A DNA stretch of 64,000 nucleotides from an uncultured Erysipelotrichaceae bacterium (GTDB taxonomy: Bacteria > Bacillota_I > Bacilli_A > RFN20 > CAG-826). The position numbers and the translations under genes are program-made. The notes beneath the pieces are model-generated. The model was not told where the DNA came from, made no database searches, and saw only the letters and a program-made list of their open reading frames with translations. Within the stretch, counting starts at the first letter, position 1. Each line of letters opens with the position of its first letter. Positions 38,389 through 49,392 of this stretch are shown one piece after another. The DNA lies in the NCBI GenBank assembly GCA_902800025.1, contig CADCDA010000001.1, positions 88,288-152,287 on the forward strand, written 5' to 3'.

Positions 38389-39372
38389 TTAATTTATATC
38401 AATATTTTCTTTAAGATAGTCATTTATGATGGTTTCTAAATCACCATAAGTATTCAATTCATTTGATAATCTTATCTTCAAATATCTTGAATTTGGAAAC
38501 CCATTAAAAAATTTAGAAGCTATGCCTCGATACATTCTCATTCCAACAAGCTCACCTTTTTCTTTTACATATTCTCTAGCGAGTTCTTTACATAGTTCAA
38601 CTTGCTCTAAACAAGTAGGAACCTCGATATCTTTGCCTTCAAAGTAACTATTGATGTTTTTAATGAGGTAAGGGTTACCAACTCCACCACGGGCCACCAT
38701 TACAGCATCGGCTCCTGTAATTTTAATTGCTTCTGCAGCATCTAAATAAGTATTGATGTTACCACTGACGATTAGAGGAATACTCATTTTACTTCTTAAA
38801 TCTTTCACCAATTCCCAATGTGGTAAACCACCATACATCTCTTTTGTGGTTCTTGGATGAATTGCAACAAGTGCCGCTCCAGCCTTCGTGACTTCATCAA
38901 TAACTTCTAAGAAGTTAACATGCTTAGAATCAATACCTAATCTAATCTTTACGGTAACTGGTTTATCCGTCACTTCTTTCATTGCTCTAACAATATCACC
39001 ACAAAGCTTTGGATTTTTCATTAAAGCCGAGCCTGCGCCAGTCTTAAAAACCTTGTTTACTGGACAACCCATATTGATATCAAAAAATGCGATATTTGGA
39101 TTTAATGACTCAGCGATTTTTACAGCTTTTGCCATTGTTTCTGGAGAACTACCAAACAGTTGAACACATGTAGGAAGTTCACTCTTTTCAAAATTTAAAT
39201 AGGAAAGCGTTTCTTTGTTTCCATAGATTAAACCCATATCAGAAATCATTTCAGTAACCACATATCCAGGTCCGAATTTTGACATGAATTTTCTGTAACC
39301 TAAAGATGTAATTCCCGCCATTGGAGCAAGAACTACCTTGTTCTTTATTTGGATGTCACCAATTTTAAACAT
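38389..39372 (-). CDS. dusB: tRNA-dihydrouridine synthase
   Basis: TIM-barrel Dus family (APMAGIT, catalytic Cys in NMGCP). Confidence 0.88.
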   Translation of the reverse strand: MFKIGDIQIKNKVVLAPMAGITSLGYRKFMSKFGPGYVVTEMISDMGLIYGNKETLSYLNFEKSELPTCVQLFGSSPETMAKAVKIAESLNPNIAFFDINMGCPVNKVFKTGAGSALMKNPKLCGDIVRAMKEVTDKPVTVKIRLGIDSKHVNFLEVIDEVTKAGAALVAIHPRTTKEMYGGLPHWELVKDLRSKMSIPLIVSGNINTYLDAAEAIKITGADAVMVARGGVGNPYLIKNINSYFEGKDIEVPTCLEQVELCKELAREYVKEKGELVGMRMYRGIASKFFNGFPNSRYLKIRLSNELNTYGDLETIINDYLKENIDIN

Positions 39373-39387
39373 ATAAAGAAAAAGGAG

Positions 39388-41460
39388 TTATTCCCCTTTC
39401 TCCTCTCCCTCAGGTTGTTGAGGCTCTTCAACTACAGCGTCAACCACTGGAGGATTTTCTTGAACTTCATCTTTTTTAAGATGACGATGTTCTAATAAGT
39501 AATCAATCTCTTCAGCTGTGATTTGTTCGTGCTCAATAAGAGTTTGTGCAATTAATTCAACATCATCTTTATATTTCTTAATTAAATCAAGAGCTTGCTG
39601 ATGAGCTTCATTAATAATCTTTTGAACTTCACTATCAATTTTTTCAGCAGTTGCTAAAGAGAAATTCTTTTGAGTGGATGTATAGTCTCTTCCAAGGAAG
39701 ACACTACCTGTATCTCTTTCATATTGAATTGGTCCTAACGATGACATACCAAGTTCGGTAACCATCATACGAGCAATTCTAGTAGCCATTTCGATATCGT
39801 TTTGTGCACCACTAGAAACATCTTCAAAGAAGACTTCTTCTGCGGATCTACCACCAAGGTATCCAACAATACGAGCTTCGAGTTCTTTCTTGGTAAGTAA
39901 GAATCTATCTTCCTCAGGTGTCATACGGACATGACCACCAGTGTTTCCACGTGGAATAATAGTAATCTTTTGGACTTTATCAGAGTGTTCTAACTTAAGG
40001 CCAATAATTGCGTGTCCTGCTTCATGGTGAGCGACAACATCTCTTTCATGCTTATTAAGTGAACGTGAAGATTTGGCTGGTCCAGCAATTCTTCTATCAA
40101 TAGCTTCGTCAATTTCCGCCATCGAAATAGCTGGTTTCTTGCGTCTTACAGCCAAAATTGCAGCTTCATTCATGATGTTTTCAATATCCGCACCAGAGAA
40201 GCCAACTGTTCTTTTGGCGATTTGAGAGAAATCAACATCCTTTTCAAGTTTTTTGTTTCTTGAATGAACTTTGAAGATTGCTTCTCTACCTTCTCTATCA
40301 GGTAAGGAAACTGTAATCTTTCTATCGAAACGACCAGCACGTAATAAGGCTGGGTCAAGAACGTCATCTCTATTTGTTGCTGCCATAACGATAATGCCAG
40401 AGTTATCAGAGAAGCCATCCATCTCAACTAATAATTGATTAAGAGTTTGTTCTCTTTCATCGTTTCCACCACCTAAGCCAGCGCCTCTTTGTCTACCAAC
40501 AGCATCGATTTCATCGATGAATACGAGACATGGAGCATTTTGCTTAGCGGTTCTGAACATATCTCTAACACGTCCAGCACCAACACCAACGAACATTTCA
40601 ACGAAGTCAGAGCCTGAAATTGAGAAGAATGGAACTCCAGCTTCTCCAGCAACTGCTTTCGCTAGTAATGTTTTACCAGTACCTGGTGAGCCAACTAAAA
40701 GGATACCTTTTGGAAGCTTAGCACCAAACTTTGTGTATTTTTGAGGATCTTTAAGATATTCAACGATTTCTTCCATTTCAGCTTTTTCTTCGTCACATCC
40801 TGCAACGTCTTTAAACCTGACTTTAGAATCTTGAATTCTTCTCGCTCTGGATTTATTAAAATCCATTGCTTGTCTATTCGCGCCATTAACGGAACTAGAT
40901 AATCTTGAGAATAAGAAAATTAATAAGATGATAGAAACACCAACAGTGATAATTGTTGGTCCCCATTGATCCCACCATGTTGTTTGATAAATGTCGCTAA
41001 CTAAAAGACCTTCACCAGAAGTAACTCTATCATTAATTAACTTATTTAAGCTTACATTGTCGACATTAATAATATCGCCTTCGTGATAGATGTTTCCTTC
41101 ATAAGTAATTGTCTTACCGGTTTCAACTGCCACTTTATAAGTGAACTCTTCACTTGTGTAAGTAAATTTGTCTGTATTATAGGTATAAGTTGTTTTCTTT
41201 CCATTTTTGTTAGTGAATGTACCTGTAAATGTTGCTAATTCACTACCATAATGGTGTGTAACAGTTGCAGACTCAACACGGTCATTAATCAATGCTGAAA
41301 CATATTCGGTACGATTTAAATGAGTAGATGTATCTCTACTTCCAAAAATTCTATAAACAAAAAGTCCAATTAAGCCAACTGTTAATAAAACGATAATAAT
41401 GAAACCTATAGAAATTCGTCTACGTGGTAAATTTTCATTTGGTTGTTGTTCATCAGGCAT
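39388..41460 (-). CDS. ftsH: ATP-dependent zinc metalloprotease FtsH
   Basis: Two TM segments, AAA+ module (GSPGTGKT, second region of homology) and HEAGH zinc site. Strong GGGAGG Shine-Dalgarno. Confidence 0.95.
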   Translation of the reverse strand: MPDEQQPNENLPRRRISIGFIIIVLLTVGLIGLFVYRIFGSRDTSTHLNRTEYVSALINDRVESATVTHHYGSELATFTGTFTNKNGKKTTYTYNTDKFTYTSEEFTYKVAVETGKTITYEGNIYHEGDIINVDNVSLNKLINDRVTSGEGLLVSDIYQTTWWDQWGPTIITVGVSIILLIFLFSRLSSSVNGANRQAMDFNKSRARRIQDSKVRFKDVAGCDEEKAEMEEIVEYLKDPQKYTKFGAKLPKGILLVGSPGTGKTLLAKAVAGEAGVPFFSISGSDFVEMFVGVGAGRVRDMFRTAKQNAPCLVFIDEIDAVGRQRGAGLGGGNDEREQTLNQLLVEMDGFSDNSGIIVMAATNRDDVLDPALLRAGRFDRKITVSLPDREGREAIFKVHSRNKKLEKDVDFSQIAKRTVGFSGADIENIMNEAAILAVRRKKPAISMAEIDEAIDRRIAGPAKSSRSLNKHERDVVAHHEAGHAIIGLKLEHSDKVQKITIIPRGNTGGHVRMTPEEDRFLLTKKELEARIVGYLGGRSAEEVFFEDVSSGAQNDIEMATRIARMMVTELGMSSLGPIQYERDTGSVFLGRDYTSTQKNFSLATAEKIDSEVQKIINEAHQQALDLIKKYKDDVELIAQTLIEHEQITAEEIDYLLEHRHLKKDEVQENPPVVDAVVEEPQQPEGEEKGE

Positions 41461-41529
41461 ATTCTTACCTCCCGACCATTAATAAGAGCGATATCAAAAA
41501 GTTTGATATTACAAAGATTATATTAGTTT

Positions 41530-41566
41530 TTCTTAATATTGAAAAGTAAAACACATTAAATGTGTA
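41530..41566 (-). terminator. Rho-independent terminator of tilS
   Basis: Hairpin ACACAT-TTA-ATGTGT located 4 nt after the stop, then UUUACUUUUC. Confidence 0.6.
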
Positions 41567-41568
41567 TC

Positions 41569-42783
41569 TTATAATTTCACAATAAAGTTGTTTTCTTTAC
41601 TTAAAACAAAGTCTTTTTGGTAGCGAGGAATATAAAGTGGGTCATTGTTTTTATTCAGTATAATAGGCCATCTACCTCTAAGTCTCATTGGCATTTTCCA
41701 ATCGATAAATAAACGTCTAGCATATGCCTTATAACCATTTATGAAAATATAGTCATCAGGTTTAACCGCTCTAATAACAATTGGATAATCAGAATCCGAA
41801 ACATTCCTATTTCTTGCCCCGTTAGTGAAATCCAAACAGAAAAATGGAGTGTCTAGTATTCCTGGTCTATCTAAAATATATGAATAATTAAAGGAAAAAT
41901 GAGTAGCTCTATCAATATCAACCTCATCATATTCTTTCAAGAAATAAAGTCCTCTTTTTATTTCAAAATTGATATTAGGTTTTTTGCTTAAAATGGCCTT
42001 TTTAATTTCACCTACATTTTCTTTAGATAAATAGTAAGATTCTTTGATTCTTTTCACCATTATATTTAATGCATATTTTAGAGTTAGATCGTCTAATGAA
42101 GCAAGATAATTTGCAGAATGAATTTTCGCTAAATCGATTGAGCTAATAAGTTTGTCCAAATCTCTATTTCTATTTTCGATTTCCTTTAAAATATCTGTTC
42201 TATCTTTTTCACTCATCAATTCGACAATTTCATGCCTGATCTTGTTTCTAAGAATCGAGACATCAAAATTGGTTTTATCGATGGCGTATGGCACGTGATT
42301 TTTATCACAATAATCTTGAAGTTCTCGCTTGCTATAATCAAGAAGAGGTCTAACAACATCCATGCCCTTAATTACGCTTTTTTGCTTAATTCCAAAATAA
42401 ATTGGGCAGTTTTGTCGTCTTTTTTGCATTAAATAAGTTTCAATTAGGTCATCTTGATGATGTGCGACTAGTAAGGAGTCGTATCCATATTCTTTGTATA
42501 GTTTTGAGAAGAAGTAATATCTAATTTCGCGGCACTTTGCCTCAGTCTTTCCTAGCGGACTATCAGTGCATTCATGAACATAAACTTGTACGCCGAAAGC
42601 GCTCGCGTATTCTTTTAATCCTTCTACTTCTGAAGTCGACTCTTCTCGAATATGATAATTCACAATTGCACACTCAAAATTATAGCCACTATTTTTAAGC
42701 ATATGAAAAAGGGCCATTGAGTCTGGTCCATACGAACAAGCGAGTAAATATTTTTTGTTTTTATCAAGCTTCAATTCTTTCAT
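41569..42783 (-). CDS. tilS: tRNA(Ile)-lysidine synthetase
   Basis: N-terminal PP-loop ATPase SGGxDS variant (CSYGPDSMAL). Confidence 0.85.
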   Translation of the reverse strand: MKELKLDKNKKYLLACSYGPDSMALFHMLKNSGYNFECAIVNYHIREESTSEVEGLKEYASAFGVQVYVHECTDSPLGKTEAKCREIRYYFFSKLYKEYGYDSLLVAHHQDDLIETYLMQKRRQNCPIYFGIKQKSVIKGMDVVRPLLDYSKRELQDYCDKNHVPYAIDKTNFDVSILRNKIRHEIVELMSEKDRTDILKEIENRNRDLDKLISSIDLAKIHSANYLASLDDLTLKYALNIMVKRIKESYYLSKENVGEIKKAILSKKPNINFEIKRGLYFLKEYDEVDIDRATHFSFNYSYILDRPGILDTPFFCLDFTNGARNRNVSDSDYPIVIRAVKPDDYIFINGYKAYARRLFIDWKMPMRLRGRWPIILNKNNDPLYIPRYQKDFVLSKENNFIVKL

Positions 42784-43000
42784 ATGATACTTTTTCTCTT
42801 TTACCTACAATCTCTATAGATACTTTGATATCAAACTTCTTTTCTCCAAAGGTGATATTAACTATATCTCCATCCTTAACTTCACTACTTGGTTTGGCTT
42901 CTTTATTGTTTATTAAAACCAATCCTCGCAAGCAATATTCTTTTGCGATGGTTCTTCTTTTAATAATTCTAGCTTCTTTCAGGAATAGATCTATCCTCAT
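42764..43000 (-). CDS. S4-domain RNA-binding protein (YabO/RqcP, Hsp15-like)
   Basis: 78-aa S4 fold (MRIDLFLKEARIIKRRTIAKE ...) in the conserved position between mfd and tilS, as B. subtilis yabO is. Confidence 0.7.
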   Translation of the reverse strand: MRIDLFLKEARIIKRRTIAKEYCLRGLVLINNKEAKPSSEVKDGDIVNITFGEKKFDIKVSIEIVGKREKVSYERIEA

Positions 43001-46000
43001 GCTTCTTCAATCACTTTATTAGTTCTAATAACTCCTACTAATGATTTTAATATATTCTCAAAATCATTTAACCAATTTTGTTTCTTAGTCATAACAATCT
43101 TAAATTTTCGATTCACGTAACTAATTTTAATAATTTGTAAATATGGGATAAGCGCCTCAAAAAGTATATTTCCGATACCTTTAATACGAATAAAGTTATC
43201 TCCTAAATTGATTTCTATATTATATTTGCTTTCTTTTACTTCGCGTATATCACATTCTTTGACCATTAAATCGATATTTCGCTTCATAAAAAGCTGTTCT
43301 ACTTCTATTGGGAGTTTTCCATATATATCTCTTGTCTTTGCTTTAATCTTCATTAAGCCTTCATTAGTGGTAACTGACATGATTTCATAATAAAGTTCAA
43401 TCTTATCGCTGTCGTTAGCGTATTCCTTTGGGATATAGGCATCAAAATTCACTCCGAGGTTTAAATTATACTGTGGAACTTCTTTTTCAACTTCACCAGC
43501 CTGCTCTTTAACTGCCTCATTTAATAACTTGATATACATATCTAAGCCAATAGAGTCAATAAATCCTGCCTGTTCTGGTCCCAAAATATCTCCTGCCCCT
43601 CTAATCATTAAATCTCTTTGAGCGATTCGATATCCGCTTCCTAAAGCAGTGAATTCTTGTAGGGTTCTAAGTCTTTTTTGTGCATCTTCCTTTAAAGATT
43701 TATTTCCGTTATACATTAAATAGGCATATGCGATACGGTTTCCACGGCCCACTCTTCCTTTAATTTGATAGAGTTGGGCTAAACCATAATGATCACTATC
43801 ATCAACGATAATCATATTTGCGTTAGGGACATCAATACCATTTTCAATAATTGATGTACACACTAAAATCTGTACTTCGCCAGAATAGAATTTCATCATG
43901 ACATCTTCGATGTCGTTTTTATTCATCTTTCCATGAGCAACTGCAATTACTGCTTCTGGTAATTGCTTTTTTAGTCTATTCGCGATTTCATAAATCGTCT
44001 CGATATTGTTATGAAGATAAAATACTTGCCCTTCTCTTCCTAGTTCTCTTTGAATTAATTCTTTAACAATGTCTGCTTTAAAAGGAGTGACATATGTCTG
44101 GATTGGCATTCTTTCACTAGGTGGAGTATTGATTTGTGATAAACTTCTTACGCCTAAAAGTGAGATTTGCAATGTTCTAGGGATTGGAGTTGCACTCAAA
44201 GTCAAAACATCAATGTTGTTTTTAAGTTCTTTAATCTTTTCTTTTTGTTCAACACCAAATCTTTGCTCTTCATCAACCACTAGTAATCCTAAATCTTTAT
44301 AAATAATATCGTTAGACAATAGTCTATGAGTTCCAATAACAAGATGAATCTTTCCTTCTGCAACACCTTTTATATATTCTTTTTGCTTCTTCTCAGGAAC
44401 CAAACGTGAAAAGACTGCCACTTTTATGTCAAAACCCGCAAAACGCGCAACAGCGGTCTCAAAATGCTGTCTAGCAAGTAATGTGGTTGGACATAATAAC
44501 GCAACTTGCTTTCCTGAATTAATAGCCTTAAAGATCGCTCTAAAAGCAACTTCGGTTTTACCAAATCCAACATCTCCGCATAATAAACGGTCCATTGGAT
44601 GAGTGCTTTCCATATCTTTCTTGATTTCTTGTAACGATCTTTCTTGATCCTTTGTTAATTCAAAATCGCAACTATCTTCAAATGCTTTTTGGAATTCATC
44701 ATCAGGAGAGAATGCAAAGCCTTCAATTTTGCTTCTTTCAACATAAAGATTAAATAAACGCTCCGCCAAATCATGGATTCTCTTCTTAATCTTTTCTTTT
44801 TGCTTTTCCCAATCTTTCGTATGTAGATGAGATAAGCGAGGCCTTACGCCTTCTTTTCCAATATATTTTCTTATTAAAGATAATTGATTAAGTGGAACAT
44901 AAAGTATTTCACCGCCAAAATAAGCAATCTTTAAATAGTCTTGGTGTTTTCCTTCTACTTCAAGAGTTTGTAACTCTAAAAATTCACCAATACCTTGATA
45001 CTCATGGACGACATAATCGCCAGGAGATAAATCTTCTTCGCTTCTGACAATCGTCGCTTCTTTAAATCTATTATCAAATCTAGTAACTCTTATTTTGTGG
45101 TTAAATAGTTCCTTACTAGTAAGGAATGCGACTTTTTCTTCTTCTAAAACAAAACCAATGGGTAAAGAAGATATTGCTAATCCAACTTGTCTTTTTGATG
45201 GAAGAGATAAATCATCCACCATTTCGAAAGGAATATTTTCACTATTTAATAAATCAATAACAGCTTCTAAATGCTCTTTGTTATCTAACGAAACATTTAC
45301 CTTATAGTTTTGATTAGTGTAAGAACGAATAATGTTAACTGCATCAATGTCTTTATTTGACTCAAAAGGAATATATTTACAGTTAAAGACAATATCCTTA
45401 TCATCACTTTGTAAAATTGATGTTCTTATAAGATTACTTCGATTAAACGGAAGTCTATCATATTCATAAAATAGTGATAAATGCGAAATAGATTTCCCAG
45501 ATTCAAATAGTTCATATAAGAAAGTTGTCGATTCTTCTAACATCATTTGAGCGTTTTCGCTAATCGCATGCTCATCCACTAAAACAACATCATAATCACG
45601 ACAATAATCGATTAAAGAATTCTTTCTGTTTGATATCAAAGAAAAGTAACGATATAGGTTAGGAGAATAATTATATTCAAGTATGTCTTGTATATCGGTT
45701 TCTACTACATTCCTTAAATGATCAAAATCGGTAGGATGAAGGAATGATTTGTCCTTTTCAAGTTGAGACATTATTAGTTCAGGAGCAGCTTTACTTTCCT
45801 CTTCAGAAAATAAGAAATCATTAGCAGGTAAAACCACTACTTTATTGATCTCGTCTTTACTAGTTTGAGAAGCAATATCAAAGAATCTAATTGATTCAAT
45901 TTCATCACCAAAAAGCTCAATGCGAACTGGGTTATCATAATTAACTGAGAAGATATCTAGGATGTCGCCTCTAGACGCAAATTGAAGTGATTGATCAATT

Positions 46001-46446
46001 TTATTCACTTGGCTATAACCTGCTTTAACTAGTTTCTTTTTTAGCTCAGTTAAATTGATTTCTTGCCCAACCTTAAAAGTAAAAGTACTATCGATAAAAA
46101 CCTGTTTTTCAGGCAAAAAACGTAAAATTGAAGCGAGATTTGCCACAATTATTTCATTTTCGTTATTTAAAATCTCGTTAAGTGTGTAGATTCTATTAGC
46201 GGCCATTTCTTTGCTTAAAGAAAGATTTTCGGCTCTAATTAGTTCATCGTTCATGAACATTGAAATCTTCGCTTCTGGGAGTAAAGTCTTCAAAAGAGAA
46301 AACACTTTTTGTGCCTTGTATAGATTAGAAGTGATAAGCAAATATTTATGATGTTCTTCTAAAAATGCAGCAGATGTTAAAAGAGAAATTCCCACTAAAT
46401 CGTTAACGACAAAATGCCCACTTCTTGTTAGGAAGGGGGGTATCAC
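42997..46446 (-). CDS. mfd: Transcription-repair coupling factor
   Basis: 1149 aa with UvrB-homology N-domains, an RNAP-interaction domain and superfamily-2 helicase motifs (GDVGFGKTEVA, DEEQRFG). Confidence 0.95.
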   Translation of the reverse strand: MIPPFLTRSGHFVVNDLVGISLLTSAAFLEEHHKYLLITSNLYKAQKVFSLLKTLLPEAKISMFMNDELIRAENLSLSKEMAANRIYTLNEILNNENEIIVANLASILRFLPEKQVFIDSTFTFKVGQEINLTELKKKLVKAGYSQVNKIDQSLQFASRGDILDIFSVNYDNPVRIELFGDEIESIRFFDIASQTSKDEINKVVVLPANDFLFSEEESKAAPELIMSQLEKDKSFLHPTDFDHLRNVVETDIQDILEYNYSPNLYRYFSLISNRKNSLIDYCRDYDVVLVDEHAISENAQMMLEESTTFLYELFESGKSISHLSLFYEYDRLPFNRSNLIRTSILQSDDKDIVFNCKYIPFESNKDIDAVNIIRSYTNQNYKVNVSLDNKEHLEAVIDLLNSENIPFEMVDDLSLPSKRQVGLAISSLPIGFVLEEEKVAFLTSKELFNHKIRVTRFDNRFKEATIVRSEEDLSPGDYVVHEYQGIGEFLELQTLEVEGKHQDYLKIAYFGGEILYVPLNQLSLIRKYIGKEGVRPRLSHLHTKDWEKQKEKIKKRIHDLAERLFNLYVERSKIEGFAFSPDDEFQKAFEDSCDFELTKDQERSLQEIKKDMESTHPMDRLLCGDVGFGKTEVAFRAIFKAINSGKQVALLCPTTLLARQHFETAVARFAGFDIKVAVFSRLVPEKKQKEYIKGVAEGKIHLVIGTHRLLSNDIIYKDLGLLVVDEEQRFGVEQKEKIKELKNNIDVLTLSATPIPRTLQISLLGVRSLSQINTPPSERMPIQTYVTPFKADIVKELIQRELGREGQVFYLHNNIETIYEIANRLKKQLPEAVIAVAHGKMNKNDIEDVMMKFYSGEVQILVCTSIIENGIDVPNANMIIVDDSDHYGLAQLYQIKGRVGRGNRIAYAYLMYNGNKSLKEDAQKRLRTLQEFTALGSGYRIAQRDLMIRGAGDILGPEQAGFIDSIGLDMYIKLLNEAVKEQAGEVEKEVPQYNLNLGVNFDAYIPKEYANDSDKIELYYEIMSVTTNEGLMKIKAKTRDIYGKLPIEVEQLFMKRNIDLMVKECDIREVKESKYNIEINLGDNFIRIKGIGNILFEALIPYLQIIKISYVNRKFKIVMTKKQNWLNDFENILKSLVGVIRTNKVIEEA

Positions 46447-46492
46447 TCTATTAGATTTGAGGAGTTTAAATAGTTTCGTTAACGTTCCTCCT

Positions 46493-47044
46493 TTAGTTAT
46501 ATTTTGTCATCGCTAAATCAAAGTTCATTTTAAGAATATCTTTTAACGCATTAGCTGCGTCATTAATCGCTTGATCAATTGCTTCTCTTTCATCTTTCGT
46601 TGGTTTTGATAGAACATAATCAATCGTATCGTAGGTTGGCTCTCCAATTCCGATTCTAATTCTTTTAATATTTTCAGTTCCTAAGTTCTCAATGATGTTT
46701 TGCATGCCTTTATGTCCACCGCTTGAGCCACTTGGTCTAAGTCTAATCTTTCCTACAGGTAAAGCCATTTCGTCATAAACAACGATAATGTCATTAATAT
46801 CAATTTTGAAATAATTAACAATCTCTCTAACTGATTCTCCAGAAAGATTCATAAATGTTTGTGGCTTCAAAATAAAAATATCCTCATCAAACACCTTTCC
46901 TCTTCCCACTAATCCTTTGAAAGATTCTTTATCAACATCAATTTGAGCAAGTTCACTAAAAAGATCAACTGCGTCAAATCCCATGTTGTGTCTTGTATGT
47001 TCGTATTTCTTTCCTGGATTTCCTAATCCGACAATTAGTTTCAT
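46493..47044 (-). CDS. pth: Peptidyl-tRNA hydrolase
   Basis: MKLIVGLGNPG ... HNMGF ... GHKG motifs. Confidence 0.93.
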   Translation of the reverse strand: MKLIVGLGNPGKKYEHTRHNMGFDAVDLFSELAQIDVDKESFKGLVGRGKVFDEDIFILKPQTFMNLSGESVREIVNYFKIDINDIIVVYDEMALPVGKIRLRPSGSSGGHKGMQNIIENLGTENIKRIRIGIGEPTYDTIDYVLSKPTKDEREAIDQAINDAANALKDILKMNFDLAMTKYN

Positions 47045-47084
47045 ATCTTTTATATATTACATCAAACGTTAATTTATATTAACG

Positions 47085-47125
47085 ATTATTTTTAAAAAGA
47101 AAACCCTCAGTCTTGAACTGAAGGT
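47085..47125 (-). terminator. Rho-independent terminator of the lipoprotein gene
   Basis: Hairpin CCTTCAGT-TCAAG-ACTGAGGG followed by UUUUCUUUUU on the minus strand. Confidence 0.6.
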
Positions 47126-47147
47126 TTGTAAATCTAATAAGTTAATT

Positions 47148-48311
47148 CTAGCCTAATGGTCCACCAGCATTGATAATCATTTTGATTAATTCAATAATGG
47201 CATTGATATCAATTGTGTATTCTGCAGCTTCTTCTTCGGTTAATGGATCAAATTGTGCTTGTTCATTATATGAAACATTAACGTCAACAGAACCTTGAAC
47301 ATCAACTTCTGGGTTTGCTGTTGTGGCGTCAAGTCTCACGCCGAGATATTCAAGAGCAAGAGCGTTTGTGCTACCAGTTGTGTTGCCAACTAATAAACCA
47401 ACACCCGCTGTTCCTTTAGAGAATGTGTTTTGATATTCAGCGGCTTGTTCGATATTGCCCATTTCTTCGACGACATCTCTTTCAACGGTAACGCCAACTC
47501 TATTAACTTTTCCGCTACTATCTTTATATTCAAATAAAGAAGGAACGTTTTCATCTAATTGAGCCATAATATCATCGATATTAATTAAAGAGAAGATAAA
47601 TGGAAGTCCTACTTTAGCGGTATATAAATAATAACCAAGTGGATCAATTGTTGTTGTTCCGCTTTGTTCATCGATAGTTACTTCTGGAACTGTGTAAATA
47701 GCTTTTCCACCAGCGAAGAATGTATCATACATTTGTTCAACATCAATTTGAATTTGTTGTGATGGGTCAAGAGAAAGGAAATAATCAACTACTTTTTGTA
47801 AAACTGGAACTAAATTCTCTTTGACGCTTGGATCAGAGATATCAAGATAAACCTTTGCGCTGTCTTCGGAAACATAATAGTAAGCATTGAGTTTTAATCC
47901 AGAGACAGAGATTGCGCCAATGTTTGGAATTTCGCTAACTGTAAGTGACAAGTCCTTTATGTCTAAATATGCTGAAGCATATTCTTCTTGAGTTTCAGGG
48001 ATATTGAAATAAGCATCAGCTTGTAATTTTAACGAAGCATTGCCTGTTGTGTCTTCGCCAAAAGGAATGCCTTTCGCGTTAACATCGATATCAAGAGAAA
48101 GTTTGATTGAATCTTGTAATAAAGAATTTGCAATACCATCGATGAAAGATTTTAAATCGGCTTTATAAGTGCTTTTACTTTCCTCTGCAGTTGTAACTTC
48201 AGTGCCACCTGCTGGTAATTCGACTTTTGTTGAAAATCCTGCTGGAGCTGGATTATTACAAGCAGTCATAGCCATTACTAATGGCAAAGCTAATAATTTG
48301 GATTTTTTCAT
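47148..48311 (-). CDS. Lipoprotein of unknown function
   Basis: Signal peptide plus lipobox (MAMTAC) followed by a D/E/T-rich mature domain. No recognisable catalytic motifs. Confidence 0.6.
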   Translation of the reverse strand: MKKSKLLALPLVMAMTACNNPAPAGFSTKVELPAGGTEVTTAEESKSTYKADLKSFIDGIANSLLQDSIKLSLDIDVNAKGIPFGEDTTGNASLKLQADAYFNIPETQEEYASAYLDIKDLSLTVSEIPNIGAISVSGLKLNAYYYVSEDSAKVYLDISDPSVKENLVPVLQKVVDYFLSLDPSQQIQIDVEQMYDTFFAGGKAIYTVPEVTIDEQSGTTTIDPLGYYLYTAKVGLPFIFSLINIDDIMAQLDENVPSLFEYKDSSGKVNRVGVTVERDVVEEMGNIEQAAEYQNTFSKGTAGVGLLVGNTTGSTNALALEYLGVRLDATTANPEVDVQGSVDVNVSYNEQAQFDPLTEEEAAEYTIDINAIIELIKMIINAGGPLG

Positions 48312-48399
48312 GAAATGAATCTCCTTTTTTGTTATTGATTAATTATATCACTATTATAATTTGTTAAAAACAAATAAAAAAGATATACTATATGAGGTT

Positions 48400-49365
48400 A
48401 TGAAAACAAAAGAATGGTTCAAAACATTATTAGCAGGCATGGGAATTGGAATTAGTAGCGCGATCCCAGGAGTTTCAGGTGGTACAATCGCTGTTATTTT
48501 AAAAGTATACGAAAAGCTACTTTGGGCAATAAGTAATATCTTTAAAGAATTTAAGAAGGCAGTTATTTATCTACTTCCTGTCTTAATAGGTGTCGTCCTC
48601 GCTCTTATTCCAACGATCTATTTAATGGACAAAGCGTTAAATGGTTTCTTGTTTGGAATTGTGTGTTTATTTGCCGGTTTTATTATCGGTAGCATTCCAG
48701 GAATTACCGATGAAGTTAAAGGCGAAAAGCCACAAAGAAACCACTTAATTGCGTTAATTGTCTCAATTTTAGTCGCTATTGGATTAGGGGTCGCTAGTGT
48801 TCTAGCTAAAGTTGATGCATCTGCTTTATTAGTAACTCCAAAATGGTGGGTATATATCATTCTTATTCCAGTTGGATTTGTTGCTTCCATCGCTCTAGTT
48901 GTGCCAGGACTATCAGGTAGTATGTTGCTTCTTTTATTAGGCTTTTATAAGCCTCTTATTAGTTCCACTGTTGATACTGTTAAAGAATGTTTAGGTGGCA
49001 ATTGGTCTAATTTTGGCCAACAAATCGGTATCCTCGCTTGTTTTGCTGTCGGAGTTATTATCGGCTTCTATTTAATCTCTAAATTAATGCACTTCTTACT
49101 TAGCAAATATCGAATTACAACATTCTATTCAATTATTGGATTTGTTATCGGTAGCACAGTCGCGTTATTCTTCAACTTTGAAATCTATGAATATTATCTT
49201 GTTTGGGCAAGCGGAACATATATCAAAGTTCCTTTATATATTGAAATTCCAATCGCTGTAGTTCTTCTTGTTGGAGGAACAATTGCCTCTTACGCGCTCG
49301 TTAAATATAAAAGAAAAATAGATTCAGAAAATCAAAATAAAGAAATAGAAAACAGTTCGAATTAG
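48400..49365 (+). CDS. DUF368 family membrane protein (PopT-like candidate undecaprenyl-phosphate translocase)
   Basis: Polytopic membrane protein with DUF368 hallmarks (IPGVSGGT near the N-terminus and a repeated PGLSGS). Start set at the in-frame ATG at 48400 (GAGGT just upstream), because a TATAAT box immediately precedes the TTG at 48361. Confidence 0.7.
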   Translation: MKTKEWFKTLLAGMGIGISSAIPGVSGGTIAVILKVYEKLLWAISNIFKEFKKAVIYLLPVLIGVVLALIPTIYLMDKALNGFLFGIVCLFAGFIIGSIPGITDEVKGEKPQRNHLIALIVSILVAIGLGVASVLAKVDASALLVTPKWWVYIILIPVGFVASIALVVPGLSGSMLLLLLGFYKPLISSTVDTVKECLGGNWSNFGQQIGILACFAVGVIIGFYLISKLMHFLLSKYRITTFYSIIGFVIGSTVALFFNFEIYEYYLVWASGTYIKVPLYIEIPIAVVLLVGGTIASYALVKYKRKIDSENQNKEIENSSN

Positions 49366-49380
49366 CGAACTGTTTTTATT
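49352..49380 (+). terminator. Rho-independent terminator of the DUF368 gene
   Basis: Hairpin AGTTCG-AATTAG-CGAACT overlapping the stop codon, followed by TTTTT. Confidence 0.65.
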
Positions 49381-49392
49381 TATATAAATAAA

